A stretch of DNA of 30,654 nucleotides from positions 1-30,654 of the IMG/VR virus record IMGVR_UViG_3300005512_000218; one strand, 5' to 3'. This DNA is from a virus (Duplodnaviria; Caudoviricetes). The notes under the pieces are model-generated. The model saw nothing but the letters and a program-made list of their open reading frames with translations, had not been told where the DNA came from and searched no databases. Both the position numbers and the translations under genes were made by a program. Positions 1-7,753 of this stretch are shown here, one piece after another (position 1 is the first letter of the stretch; each line of letters begins with the position of its first letter).

Positions 1-44
1 TTATCAGAGCCTGTGATGTAAGCTTCACCCATGTTGAGGTTCAT
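1..44 (-). CDS. 5' end of next late-operon gene (partial, MNLNMGEAYITGSD...)
   Basis: ATG at 44 preceded by AGGAG RBS (51-55); frame runs off the window edge. Confidence 0.6.
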   Translation of the reverse strand, partial: MNLNMGEAYITGSD

Positions 45-60
45 GGTTCTCTCCTGTTAG

Positions 61-2025
61 TTAGGGTTGCATAGTCATAAAGCTGTCGCCTTCTTGCATC
101 GCTGCTTCGGCTGTTGCTTCGCGTTTGCGTCTTGCCATTCTGTCGGCTTCACGCTGTCTCACCTGAGACATAAGTTCTTCTTGGGTTGCAGGACGCATAT
201 CTGGGGTTGCTTCTGCTTCACCTAATTCTGTGGGTGTCATGATCATAGGCACGGCTGCAGCAGGGCCAGCAGCGGCTCCTAAAGCCCGTGCTCCTACTTC
301 TAAGCCTACATCTACAGCAGCTTGGGCAGGTTCTTGAATAGCTGAATAGATACCTGCACCGATAAGTCCGTAAGATCCTAGTTTTATACCAAACCTACTT
401 AGTTTGCTTGAAAGTTTATCAGATGGAACTTCGTCTACTTCAACATTCGTTTCTTGAATACGTGAAGCGTCTTTTTCTTCACGCACTTGTTTTTTGATGT
501 CTTGTTCACGAAGGCGACGCTCTTCCTTTGCACGGATAGCAGCTTCGTCAATCTTTGGCATCTGGGCTTCAAGACGTAAGCGTTCTGCTTCAGCTTGTGT
601 GGCAGTCAATTTCAGTTCTTGACTACGTGCTTCACGCACATCGTCGATCAAATCTAGGTCAGCATCTGTTAGCTTACCTTGAACTTGCGTACCTACGATG
701 TCTTGACCTTTAGGAATGACAGCTAGGCGGGGTGCCTCTACTGCTTCTAGTCCTGCTGCTGTGACGCCCATAGAGGCAGGTAGTTCGTTCAAGGTAGATA
801 AACCCAGAACCTCACCGTACATGTTTTGCAGGGCACGAAGGGCTTGCTTTGCCGTTGTGCCTTCCTGCGTCATAACCTGAGATACGTAGTGCTTAGAGGT
901 AATACCCTTCAAGCCTTCGATTGTATCGTCGAAGTTATCGTGACCCAAGATGGTCGATGCTTCCGGTGCGTAACCTAATTCGTTTGCAATGATTGACGGG
1001 ATAATCTTACGAATATCCTTGACACCTTCGATCTTTCGTCCCAAGATGCTTTCAAACGGTTTGAAGCGTTCGGCAATACCGCCGGGAGCCTTGACACCAG
1101 CAGTCATCTTACTAACAGTGGTATTAAAAATGTATTCCCGACCTTCTGCCCGTGCCTTTTCAGCAGCATCACGTAAAATCTCTAGAGATACTTCTGGTAT
1201 ATCCAGAGCGTTACGAATCTTGTTGCCGCGACGGTATTCGTCTGTAAACCGACCCGCTTCAAAATCAAAGTCGTCCAGTTTGATCTTGGCTACCTCACCG
1301 GGACGTAGCGGTACGAGAGCGTTGAAAGCTACGGCTGCACGAGTATCTGGGTCTTTGATTGCAGCGATACCTTCAGTCAAGGCAGGAAGAGACTGCTGTG
1401 CACCGGGGACTTGCTTAAAGACCTTTGTTTTACGGGCTTGCTTTGCCTTTTCCAAACCCATGCCACGAGCCTTACCTTCAGCCTTGAAGATATTAGGCGG
1501 TGGGGGAAGGTCGTTTGCAGCAGACATCTTTTCGATGGCTGATTGTACTGTTGCAAGAGTAGTAAAGGTAGCTTCAGAACCGACTTCGTTTAGGCTTGTA
1601 AGAAACTTGCTGTCGCCTATTGTTGACCAAGCATCGTCTAGGGATTTACCCGCAGCTTCGATTGCCTTAGTAACAGCCCCTCGCTTACCTTCCGGTCCCA
1701 TCTCAATGGCTTCACCGATGGTAAGAGTCTGATTCTTGATTTTGTCAGCAATGCTCATGCTAGGTGCGCTTTGTTGTTTTTCACGAATAGCATCGATGAC
1801 AGATGCTTTTTCTGATTTGCTAGTTAAAGGCGTTCCGATAAAATCAAAATACGCAAGTATCTGCTTATCAGTTAATTTATCAGGTACAGCAACCCTACCT
1901 GCACCCTTCTTACCACCAAACGCTTCGTACAAACCTTCATCATCTTCAGGAATAGAACCTGTGTCGATCATGTTTTGTAGATCTATGGCAGCACGTTCTA
2001 TTACATCATTTAGGTCGTCTGCCAT
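61..2025 (-). CDS. 654-aa protein with tyrosine-recombinase-superfamily catalytic core (recombinase/TopoIB/protelomerase-like), coiled coil and Gly/Ala-rich C-terminal tail
   Basis: Motifs PLRPGEV (R241), K269, KDIR (K336-R339), ILGHD (H362), SKHY (Y380); directly downstream of terL. Confidence 0.7.
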   Translation of the reverse strand: MADDLNDVIERAAIDLQNMIDTGSIPEDDEGLYEAFGGKKGAGRVAVPDKLTDKQILAYFDFIGTPLTSKSEKASVIDAIREKQQSAPSMSIADKIKNQTLTIGEAIEMGPEGKRGAVTKAIEAAGKSLDDAWSTIGDSKFLTSLNEVGSEATFTTLATVQSAIEKMSAANDLPPPPNIFKAEGKARGMGLEKAKQARKTKVFKQVPGAQQSLPALTEGIAAIKDPDTRAAVAFNALVPLRPGEVAKIKLDDFDFEAGRFTDEYRRGNKIRNALDIPEVSLEILRDAAEKARAEGREYIFNTTVSKMTAGVKAPGGIAERFKPFESILGRKIEGVKDIRKIIPSIIANELGYAPEASTILGHDNFDDTIEGLKGITSKHYVSQVMTQEGTTAKQALRALQNMYGEVLGLSTLNELPASMGVTAAGLEAVEAPRLAVIPKGQDIVGTQVQGKLTDADLDLIDDVREARSQELKLTATQAEAERLRLEAQMPKIDEAAIRAKEERRLREQDIKKQVREEKDASRIQETNVEVDEVPSDKLSSKLSRFGIKLGSYGLIGAGIYSAIQEPAQAAVDVGLEVGARALGAAAGPAAAVPMIMTPTELGEAEATPDMRPATQEELMSQVRQREADRMARRKREATAEAAMQEGDSFMTMQP

Positions 2026-2028
2026 CGA

Positions 2029-3696
2029 TTAGTATCCGAATACTTCATCTTGAACCTTGTAGACGTGGTTCTTGATTGCGCCTAGTTGTTGGTGTATAGA
2101 TGCGTAGCCACTCATGCGTGTCATTACCATATAACGCAATGCGTCGTATGCGTGATCCTCTGCCTTCGTGTCTACGTCTTCGCTATTCGTCTTTGATAGA
2201 GGTATTCCCGCAAGCTGCTTAATGGTATGCTGGCAGGTAGAAAATACTCGTAAGCGTGGTTCTTCTGTGTACGGATCATTGCCTAATCTTCTGTGGATTT
2301 CCATCTTACCTTGAATACGGTTACGGTCAGATGGTGTCCAGCGTACACCGACTCGCATCATTGTTTCTGCTATGGATGGGCCGAAACCTGTTTTGTTCCA
2401 GCACGAAGCATCTAAGACGGTATAGTGTGGTAGGGGGTCTAATTGTTCTGCTTCTATTATTTTATCAGCTAAATCTTCCGCTGTCAAGTGTTTTGCGTAC
2501 AACTCACGATAGACCCAAATATTATTATCCCAATCAATAGCACCCCAAAGAACTGCAGACGGGGACGAATAGCCATAGTCCGCTGCTCTAATGCGAGGCC
2601 AATTGGTAGGTAGTTCGAAAGGTTCGACAACGTGTCTACTCCGTGAAAACTCTGGGAAGGCCGCTCCCTCTGCCACATCCCAATCCCCCTCTAGAAGTCT
2701 CTTCCGCTCAACTTCTGGGAGCGAACGCAACATGGCTTCGTATTGTCCGTCAGCCATGAGGTGGGGATTATCAGTCAGCCGTGCAGGAACAAACTTGCGG
2801 TAGAACAACGGCTGACCTGCCTTCTCGTGACCGTTGGGCCACACAAAGGGCTTCATCGTATCTATGTCGTACGCAGGAAACGCTTCGTTTTCTGTGCGTG
2901 AGTCGATGTACATTTTCTTAACCCACCAGCCACCGACGCCGCCGGGGTTGGCTGTACAACGCATATATAGATTCTTTTGAAGTTCAGGATCTGTGGAACG
3001 TAGTCTAGAACGTAGGTAGTCCCAGACGTAAGGAGTTGGGTATTGGGTTATTTCGTCTATGCCTATCCAGTTAAAGGCTTGACCCTGAAAACGGGTAACG
3101 TCCTTGTCTCTGTCTAGGTAGGTAAACCAAATCGTGGCACCTGATGGAAAGACCCACGTTGATTTTGATTCACGGAACTTTGCTCCGGGGAACGCCTTAG
3201 TATATAATTGGCGTGACTTGTCTATTAGTTCGGTTAGTTCATCTAAGGTGCGTCTTAGAAGAAGGCCCCGGTGATTAGAGTTGTGGCAATAACGTAAGGG
3301 GTCAGCAAGTAGAGCAAACGACTTACCGCCGCCAGCCGCTCCCCCATACAATACATCTTGTTCACCTGCTGAAAGAAACTCCTCTTGAGGGCCGGGGTTA
3401 GCTTGGAAAACAACTTCAGAATCACCAACAAGGTCGGAAACGGATGGGGGTAGAATGGAGAGATCTCCCTCATCGATGACGTTTGTTCCTTTTCCAGTGA
3501 CTCCCTTTTCAACTCTTCCAATTGTTTCTTCCAGCTTTCGGGCATAACTTCTTTGTGCTTCCGCTTTCTTTGTAGCTTGTGTAGCTTTCTTCTTTGCAGC
3601 CCGTAAACGCTTCTGTGCCCCACGACGGGCACGTTCAGCGGTGGATAGCTGATAGGTTCGTTTCTTCTTTGGTGCGTCGGTTTCCGACAAGGTCAC
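2029..3696 (-). CDS. terL: Terminase large subunit
   Basis: Walker A YGGAAGGGKS, Walker B IGIDE, coupling motif TANPGG, nuclease motifs ADYG and EDHAYDALRY. Confidence 0.95.
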   Translation of the reverse strand: MTLSETDAPKKKRTYQLSTAERARRGAQKRLRAAKKKATQATKKAEAQRSYARKLEETIGRVEKGVTGKGTNVIDEGDLSILPPSVSDLVGDSEVVFQANPGPQEEFLSAGEQDVLYGGAAGGGKSFALLADPLRYCHNSNHRGLLLRRTLDELTELIDKSRQLYTKAFPGAKFRESKSTWVFPSGATIWFTYLDRDKDVTRFQGQAFNWIGIDEITQYPTPYVWDYLRSRLRSTDPELQKNLYMRCTANPGGVGGWWVKKMYIDSRTENEAFPAYDIDTMKPFVWPNGHEKAGQPLFYRKFVPARLTDNPHLMADGQYEAMLRSLPEVERKRLLEGDWDVAEGAAFPEFSRSRHVVEPFELPTNWPRIRAADYGYSSPSAVLWGAIDWDNNIWVYRELYAKHLTAEDLADKIIEAEQLDPLPHYTVLDASCWNKTGFGPSIAETMMRVGVRWTPSDRNRIQGKMEIHRRLGNDPYTEEPRLRVFSTCQHTIKQLAGIPLSKTNSEDVDTKAEDHAYDALRYMVMTRMSGYASIHQQLGAIKNHVYKVQDEVFGY

Positions 3697-3893
3697 TTCT
3701 CCGCAGATTTTGCTGCAGGGCGTCCCTTAGAGTTTGGGTTGGCTTCATTCCATTTTTTCATGCCAGCCTCAACCATTTCTTTATCGTCACCGTAAACGCG
3801 AACGAGATGATTGTACGCATCACGTCGGTTCATCGTTGTGTAGTCTGTTGCCATATCTTTTGCAGACTGGTAAATGTTTCCGAAAAATTCCAT
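3693..3893 (-). CDS. Small hypothetical protein (66 aa) ending in KGRPAAKSAEK
   Basis: ORF track; tightly packed, overlaps terL start by 4 nt. Confidence 0.7.
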   Translation of the reverse strand: MEFFGNIYQSAKDMATDYTTMNRRDAYNHLVRVYGDDKEMVEAGMKKWNEANPNSKGRPAAKSAEK

Positions 3894-3896
3894 AGG

Positions 3897-4214
3897 TTAT
3901 GCCTTATAGTTTGCTTTGCGTCCGCGACAGGCTTTGCCGCCACCTGCCATAGCTTTTCTTTTTGGTTTTGCTGTACCGCCGTACGCCATTTTTTGTTTTT
4001 TTGGTGGGATGAGTTCGTTTTTTAACTCTACGTATGACATGTCAGGATTCCTATCTATGAAACTTAAAATGCCCATTGCGTCATCTGGAGATAGATCCCG
4101 TCCTTTGAACATCTTATTCATTGTGCTGCCGTGCTTATCGTATAAACGTTCAAACCTCATGTCCAAACCTTTTATACCAAAGACGTACTTATTTGACATG
4201 GGATTTTCAGACAT
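3897..4214 (-). CDS. Small basic protein (105 aa) with MAYGG motif and C-terminal CRGRKANYKA
   Basis: ORF track; GAGG RBS upstream; C-terminal tag shared with neighbour. Confidence 0.75.
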   Translation of the reverse strand: MSENPMSNKYVFGIKGLDMRFERLYDKHGSTMNKMFKGRDLSPDDAMGILSFIDRNPDMSYVELKNELIPPKKQKMAYGGTAKPKRKAMAGGGKACRGRKANYKA

Positions 4215-4258
4215 CTACTATACCTCTATGCCTTGTAATTTGCTTTGCGTCCGCGACA
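3898..4258. repeat. 32-bp direct repeat (3898-3929 and 4227-4258) encoding CRGRKANYKA-stop
   Basis: 30/32 identical; both mismatches synonymous (AAC TAT vs AAT TAC). Confidence 0.9.
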
Positions 4259-4396
4259 CCTACCGCCCATCGCTTTAGACTTGCGTTCGTACATATTTGG
4301 TTTGATTACTTTGATCCACTGATCGTACTCTTCGTTTGTGAGTTTCGATATTTGATCACTCAGGGCAATCTTGCGAATTTCTTTATCAGTCCGCAT
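4226..4396 (-). CDS. Small protein (56 aa, MRTDKEIRK...AMGGRCRGRKANYKA), not in ORF track
   Basis: Translated by hand; overlaps terS end; fills the gap; ends in the same 10 residues as 3897..4214. Confidence 0.75.
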   Translation of the reverse strand: MRTDKEIRKIALSDQISKLTNEEYDQWIKVIKPNMYERKSKAMGGRCRGRKANYKA

Positions 4397-4790
4397 CGAT
4401 CACGACTTCCTTCTTTGGTGGCAGCAGGACTACGCCGTGCACTGCCGTTACATTGTGGTTGATTTGTTCCTGCTTTGCTACGCCGACACGGTTGAGTAGT
4501 GATTCGGCAGCTTTGAGGCGCAGGTCGTCACCTCTTTCCGGGGCGGGGTTGTCGATTGTATCGACTAATCGGTTTGCGGCTTTGAGTGCGTTGGTTGCCA
4601 AAACCGACTTGGTGCGTTCGATGATCTCATCAGCAAGCGTTGACTTGAGCCACGCTGCAGATCCACGAGAATACCCTGCATCGATGGCAGCAGCAGTTAC
4701 CTGACCACCATTTTCAAACAGAAGTTCCAAGAACTGTTCCTGTTGCGGGGTCAATTCCTTCTTTTTGTGTGTCTGGGGGAGTAGATTCAT
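4386..4790 (-). CDS. terS: Terminase small subunit
   Basis: N-terminal HTH LTPQQEQFLELL..TAAAIDAGYS typical of TerS; upstream of terL. Confidence 0.8.
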   Translation of the reverse strand: MNLLPQTHKKKELTPQQEQFLELLFENGGQVTAAAIDAGYSRGSAAWLKSTLADEIIERTKSVLATNALKAANRLVDTIDNPAPERGDDLRLKAAESLLNRVGVAKQEQINHNVTAVHGVVLLPPKKEVVIDAD

Positions 4791-4986
4791 CGTTGTTTTC
4801 CGAAACCGACTTACAGCGACTACGTATTACAACTTCGAATACCTGTCGCTCGTAAATGTACGTTGCCATTTCATCGTTTCGCAACATACACTCTTTTTCT
4901 GTGGGGTACGGACCTTCTGTGTCACGTATTTCACGGCACAAATCTGGCCCGACGGCTAGGCAGACAAGAATCCAAGATTCAAACAT
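4714..4986 (-). CDS. Hypothetical protein (90 aa, Cys-containing, hydrophobic N-terminus)
   Basis: ORF track; AAGGA RBS; first gene after the 5105-5133 promoter. Confidence 0.65.
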   Translation of the reverse strand: MFESWILVCLAVGPDLCREIRDTEGPYPTEKECMLRNDEMATYIYERQVFEVVIRSRCKSVSENNDESTPPDTQKEGIDPATGTVLGTSV

Positions 4987-5104
4987 GTCTGATTTCCTTT
5001 TTTATGTTGTGGGAGGGTCAGTTTGTAGCCTCAAACCCCTAATGTCAAGCATATTGTGTTGGTTTTTGCCGGGATGTGCTAAGTAAACCTCTGCCCACAT
5101 CACA

Positions 5105-5133
5105 AGTATACCGTCTATAACTATGTAAGTCAA
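5105..5133 (-). promoter_or_regulatory. sigma70-type promoter for the terminase operon
   Basis: TTGACT-N17-TATACT on the minus strand. Confidence 0.7.
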
Positions 5134-5194
5134 CAAGAATATACCCATAGGTTATCTTTTTTACTAAAAAAATTAAATTTGCCTACGAATTTTG

Positions 5195-5223
5195 TTGACA
5201 AATCACGATTTGACCTATACAAT
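5195..5223 (+). promoter_or_regulatory. sigma70-type promoter, divergent, driving a short transcript
   Basis: TTGACA-N17-TACAAT with an AT-rich upstream tract (5157-5180). Confidence 0.75.
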
Positions 5224-5229
5224 GGGGTT

Positions 5230-5320
5230 AAGACCCACCGGGAAATAACCCAATACCACCCCGCTACCCCTACACGTCGGTTTCATACCCCTTCGGGATA
5301 CCCCGTTGGGGTCTTTTTTT
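5230..5320 (+). ncRNA. Candidate ~91-nt small RNA with paired ends, C-rich loop and U7 tail
   Basis: Predicted +1 at A5230; 5230-5242 (AAGACCCACCGGG) pairs with 5302-5315 (CCCGTTGGGGTCTT); T-run 5314-5320; no credible ORF. Confidence 0.55.
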
Positions 5321-5394
5321 GCCTAAACCCTGCCGGGGTACCCCTACACGTCGGTTGCATCCTCACCGGGGCACCCCTACACGTCGGTTTCATA
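5266..5394 (+). repeat. Three direct repeats of ACCCCTACACGTCGGTT(T/G)CAT
   Basis: Copies start at 5266, 5340 and 5373; copies 2 and 3 are preceded by CCGGGG(T/C) with a 33-bp period. Confidence 0.9.
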
Positions 5395-5733
5395 GCCATA
5401 TCGGTAATCCCCAAAATACAAAATTGCTGTCGGGATTGCATAGCATATGCCGGGGGGGTGGGGTGTCCCTTGCGTGCCCGTCAAGTCACATTTTTATCTT
5501 TCCCCATCGGTGATGCCGTGGCGCACCCATAAACTAGCCACCAAACTGAAACCGACGGGCTGATATCCCGACGGATAAACCCGCGCCCGCACCCGCCCGT
5601 GTAACCTAATTTGTCATATCTGAAATAATATGGGAGGCTTATTGATGTTACATTTACATAGAAAACCCGTACCAGTTCACCCGCAATTTATCCCGAGATA
5701 TCAAGCCCAAGCCGGATATTTCAGACGATGGGC

Positions 5734-5767
5734 AAAAAAGAACCCCGCCAGACTAGCTAAGCGGGGC
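5734..5767 (-). terminator. Rho-independent terminator ending the early/accessory block
   Basis: GCCCCGC...GCGGGGT stem followed by TCTTTTTT on the minus strand. Confidence 0.75.
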
Positions 5768-5804
5768 ATAAGTTGGGAGGAAATGCGTCGGTTCGTCGGT
5801 TTCG

Positions 5805-5915
5805 TTACTGCCGGAAATCTTCCTTTGCAAGATCCCACAGTGCCGCAAATAGGCACCAACAAGCAATCAAAACCCATGCCAGCAACACTAGCATGATCAC
5901 ACTACTGATTGTCAT
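5805..5915 (-). CDS. 36-aa single-TM membrane peptide (MTISSVIMLVLLAWVLIACWCLFAALWDLAKEDFRQ)
   Basis: Translated by hand; hydrophobic stretch; GAGG RBS; overlaps end of upstream ORF. Confidence 0.55.
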   Translation of the reverse strand: MTISSVIMLVLLAWVLIACWCLFAALWDLAKEDFRQ

Positions 5916-6147
5916 CGCTGGCCTCTTTAACTGTCAGGTTCAACCGTGCAATGGTGCGCGGGTTGTCGGTTGCATGGGTGTAATGATCAAAGCCCAAAGT
6001 TCGAAGCAATGCCTTTGCCGCCGATGCCTGTGTTTCGAGTGCTTCAATAGACTGCAAGATCAAATCGGCTTCAACTGTGGTAATAGCAACCACGCGTTTT
6101 GCGTCGGTTTCGAAATTGTCTTTATTCAGTGAAATTGTGCTTTTCAT
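5902..6147 (-). CDS. Hypothetical protein (81 aa, MKSTISL...)
   Basis: ORF track 5902..6276 trimmed to ATG 6147 with AAGGAACC RBS. Confidence 0.65.
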   Translation of the reverse strand: MKSTISLNKDNFETDAKRVVAITTVEADLILQSIEALETQASAAKALLRTLGFDHYTHATDNPRTIARLNLTVKEASDDNQ

Positions 6148-6229
6148 TTTGTTGGTTCCTTCTTTGTCGGTTTCAAGTGAGACTGGCAACACCGCGCCGC
6201 CAGCCCCAATATTGTTAGTCGGTTTCGAA

Positions 6230-6619
6230 TTAGCTTGCAAGCTTGTATTTAGGCAAGCGATATCCCCGCCGGACACTCACGATTTCGTAACCATGCCCCC
6301 GCAACCGATGAATGGCGTTTTGCACCGCCTTTCTATCGCATCCAGTTTCGCGGCAAAGCGTGTTGATATTGACGCCATGTTTACGGCTGGCAAGCGTCCG
6401 GTAGATTCGGGCAAGCGGAGAATTCGCACGGAATGGCCGCTTATCTTTGCCCCGCTGCCCCCGCTGCCGTTTGACTGGTTCGAGGCTTTCCCCGTGCATC
6501 CCCGTCTGGAAATCAAACTCAGCTTTGAACCGCTGATATAAGTCCTGCTTTACGTCGGCACGGACAGCAGACACAAGTTGGTTGCAAAGCTCTTTGATGT
6601 GTTCGTTGTTGGTTGTCAT
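6230..6619 (-). CDS. Winged helix-turn-helix DNA-binding protein
   Basis: C-terminal INTLCRETGCDRKAVQNAIHRLRGHGYEI...GYRL resembles BirA/HTH_11-type wHTH; AAAGGAACC RBS. Confidence 0.75.
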   Translation of the reverse strand: MTTNNEHIKELCNQLVSAVRADVKQDLYQRFKAEFDFQTGMHGESLEPVKRQRGQRGKDKRPFRANSPLARIYRTLASRKHGVNINTLCRETGCDRKAVQNAIHRLRGHGYEIVSVRRGYRLPKYKLAS

Positions 6620-6645
6620 AGTTCTGGTTCCTTTCCCAGCGTTGA

Positions 6646-6738
6646 TTAAAAGGTGATAAAAGCGATCAATAGCGTAATCAACAAAACCGCCAAGATCATA
6701 CGATACACAAGATAAAATATTTCTAGTTTGTCGTTCAT
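6646..6738 (-). CDS. 30-aa membrane peptide (MNDKLEIFYLVYRMILAVLLITLLIAFITF)
   Basis: Starts 1 nt after the DUF932-like gene stop; hydrophobic. Confidence 0.5.
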   Translation of the reverse strand: MNDKLEIFYLVYRMILAVLLITLLIAFITF

Positions 6739-6739
6739 T

Positions 6740-7753
6740 CTATGCCGCCAGCCCCTCAAGATATAGCCATGACGGTGACGTGATAACGTTCCGCACGTCC
6801 TCGTTTCGTTTACGCTGCACCATATGCTGGCTCTGTGTATTCTTGCCAGTCTGCCGGTCAACGCCATCCGCGCCAGTCCATGTGACGTTTGTATGGGTTG
6901 ACCAATGGGTCAGAGCATTATAAGCCGCCCACATGGTCGCGCCTAGTTCCTGCTTTTCAGCGTTGAATTGGTGCATCAAGTAATTGAACAAACGTTCGTT
7001 GACTGGTTTAACCTTGCCTTGTTCGGCTGCTGCCCCAGATTTATAGCAAACGGTTTGCGCCAAGATATCCCCGAATTGTTCATCCGATAATTTCGCACCC
7101 CGCCACAATTGCATCTGGTCAAGCTGGTTTTCCCACATAGACAAACCCATTGCCGCCTTGCTGATAAGCGCGGTTGGCTCTAAGTTTTTGGTGTGTTTTG
7201 CCCGTTGGTGGTAAGCTTTTTCCCCGCCGAAAACTAGCGTATTGCGGCACAGGTCACGATAAGCCCCACTGAATATCTGGAAAGCCCAACTCATATCAAT
7301 GCTGTTGAAGATATCCATGCGGCAGACAACATTGTCCTGTTTTTCACCGACGCCATGCTGCAAGTCTAAAAAATGCACGGTTCTATGAGCACGCAGCCCC
7401 CCGTCGTAGATTCTATCCATGACCGCAACATTGCTAGTCGGCAAGTCGGTTGCACCCAAGACATCGGCATGATTGGCGAATAATTCATCATGCGGCACAA
7501 GCTTATAGCTGGAACCGACAGGCCGGGTCTTTAATACTTCCCCGGTTGCGGTATTCTGCAAAGCTGAATAATCCGGCATCGGCTGATACTCGCACAATTC
7601 GACATCACTATAATGTTGAGCGGTCACCGCCTCAATTGGCACCCGCCGCACAGAACCCATATCTTGAAAAATAGATATGTCGGCAATGTTGTTGTGTTCA
7701 TAGACGGTCGCGCCGCCCTCGTTTTTGTATTCAGGTTGGATTAAGTCAAACAT
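6740..7753 (-). CDS. DUF932-like phage/plasmid protein (337 aa)
   Basis: Motifs VGSSYKLVPH, FNSIDMS..FQIFSGAYRDLCRN, HTKN, MWAAYNALTHWSTH; start 7753 from AAAGGAACC RBS. Confidence 0.75.
   Translation of the reverse strand: MFDLIQPEYKNEGGATVYEHNNIADISIFQDMGSVRRVPIEAVTAQHYSDVELCEYQPMPDYSALQNTATGEVLKTRPVGSSYKLVPHDELFANHADVLGATDLPTSNVAVMDRIYDGGLRAHRTVHFLDLQHGVGEKQDNVVCRMDIFNSIDMSWAFQIFSGAYRDLCRNTLVFGGEKAYHQRAKHTKNLEPTALISKAAMGLSMWENQLDQMQLWRGAKLSDEQFGDILAQTVCYKSGAAAEQGKVKPVNERLFNYLMHQFNAEKQELGATMWAAYNALTHWSTHTNVTWTGADGVDRQTGKNTQSQHMVQRKRNEDVRNVITSPSWLYLEGLAA

Noticed and set aside
989-2032. Long plus-strand ORFs 989..1732 and 1736..2032, and similar antisense ORFs such as 12156..12554, 13051..13467 and 23452..24099
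   Set aside because: Shadow frames antisense to well-supported genes, with no RBS or recognisable motifs
1-3200. Apparent abundance of CTAG
   Set aside because: About 12 sites in 3 kb matches random expectation, so the tetramer is simply not avoided
5230-5320. Y RNA or tRNA identity for the small RNA
   Set aside because: Paired ends and a U-tail are superficially Y-like, but no Ro-binding helix sequence or cloverleaf is seen
5266-5394. CRISPR mini-array
   Set aside because: Repeats are short, spacing is irregular (74 and 33 bp), the second gap is far too short for a spacer, and there is no cas operon; the Cas4-like nuclease is an ordinary replication-module gene
4990-5800. Protelomerase target (telRL) or tRNA-derived attP for the 654-aa protein
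   Set aside because: Longest perfect palindrome seen is 10 bp (GGGGTACCCC); no long inverted repeat and no tRNA T-arm/3' end sequence found by eye
5179-5896. Plus-strand ORFs 5179..5532, 5319..5513 and 5630..5896
   Set aside because: They run through promoter, terminator and repeat elements; the peptide repeats merely mirror the DNA repeats
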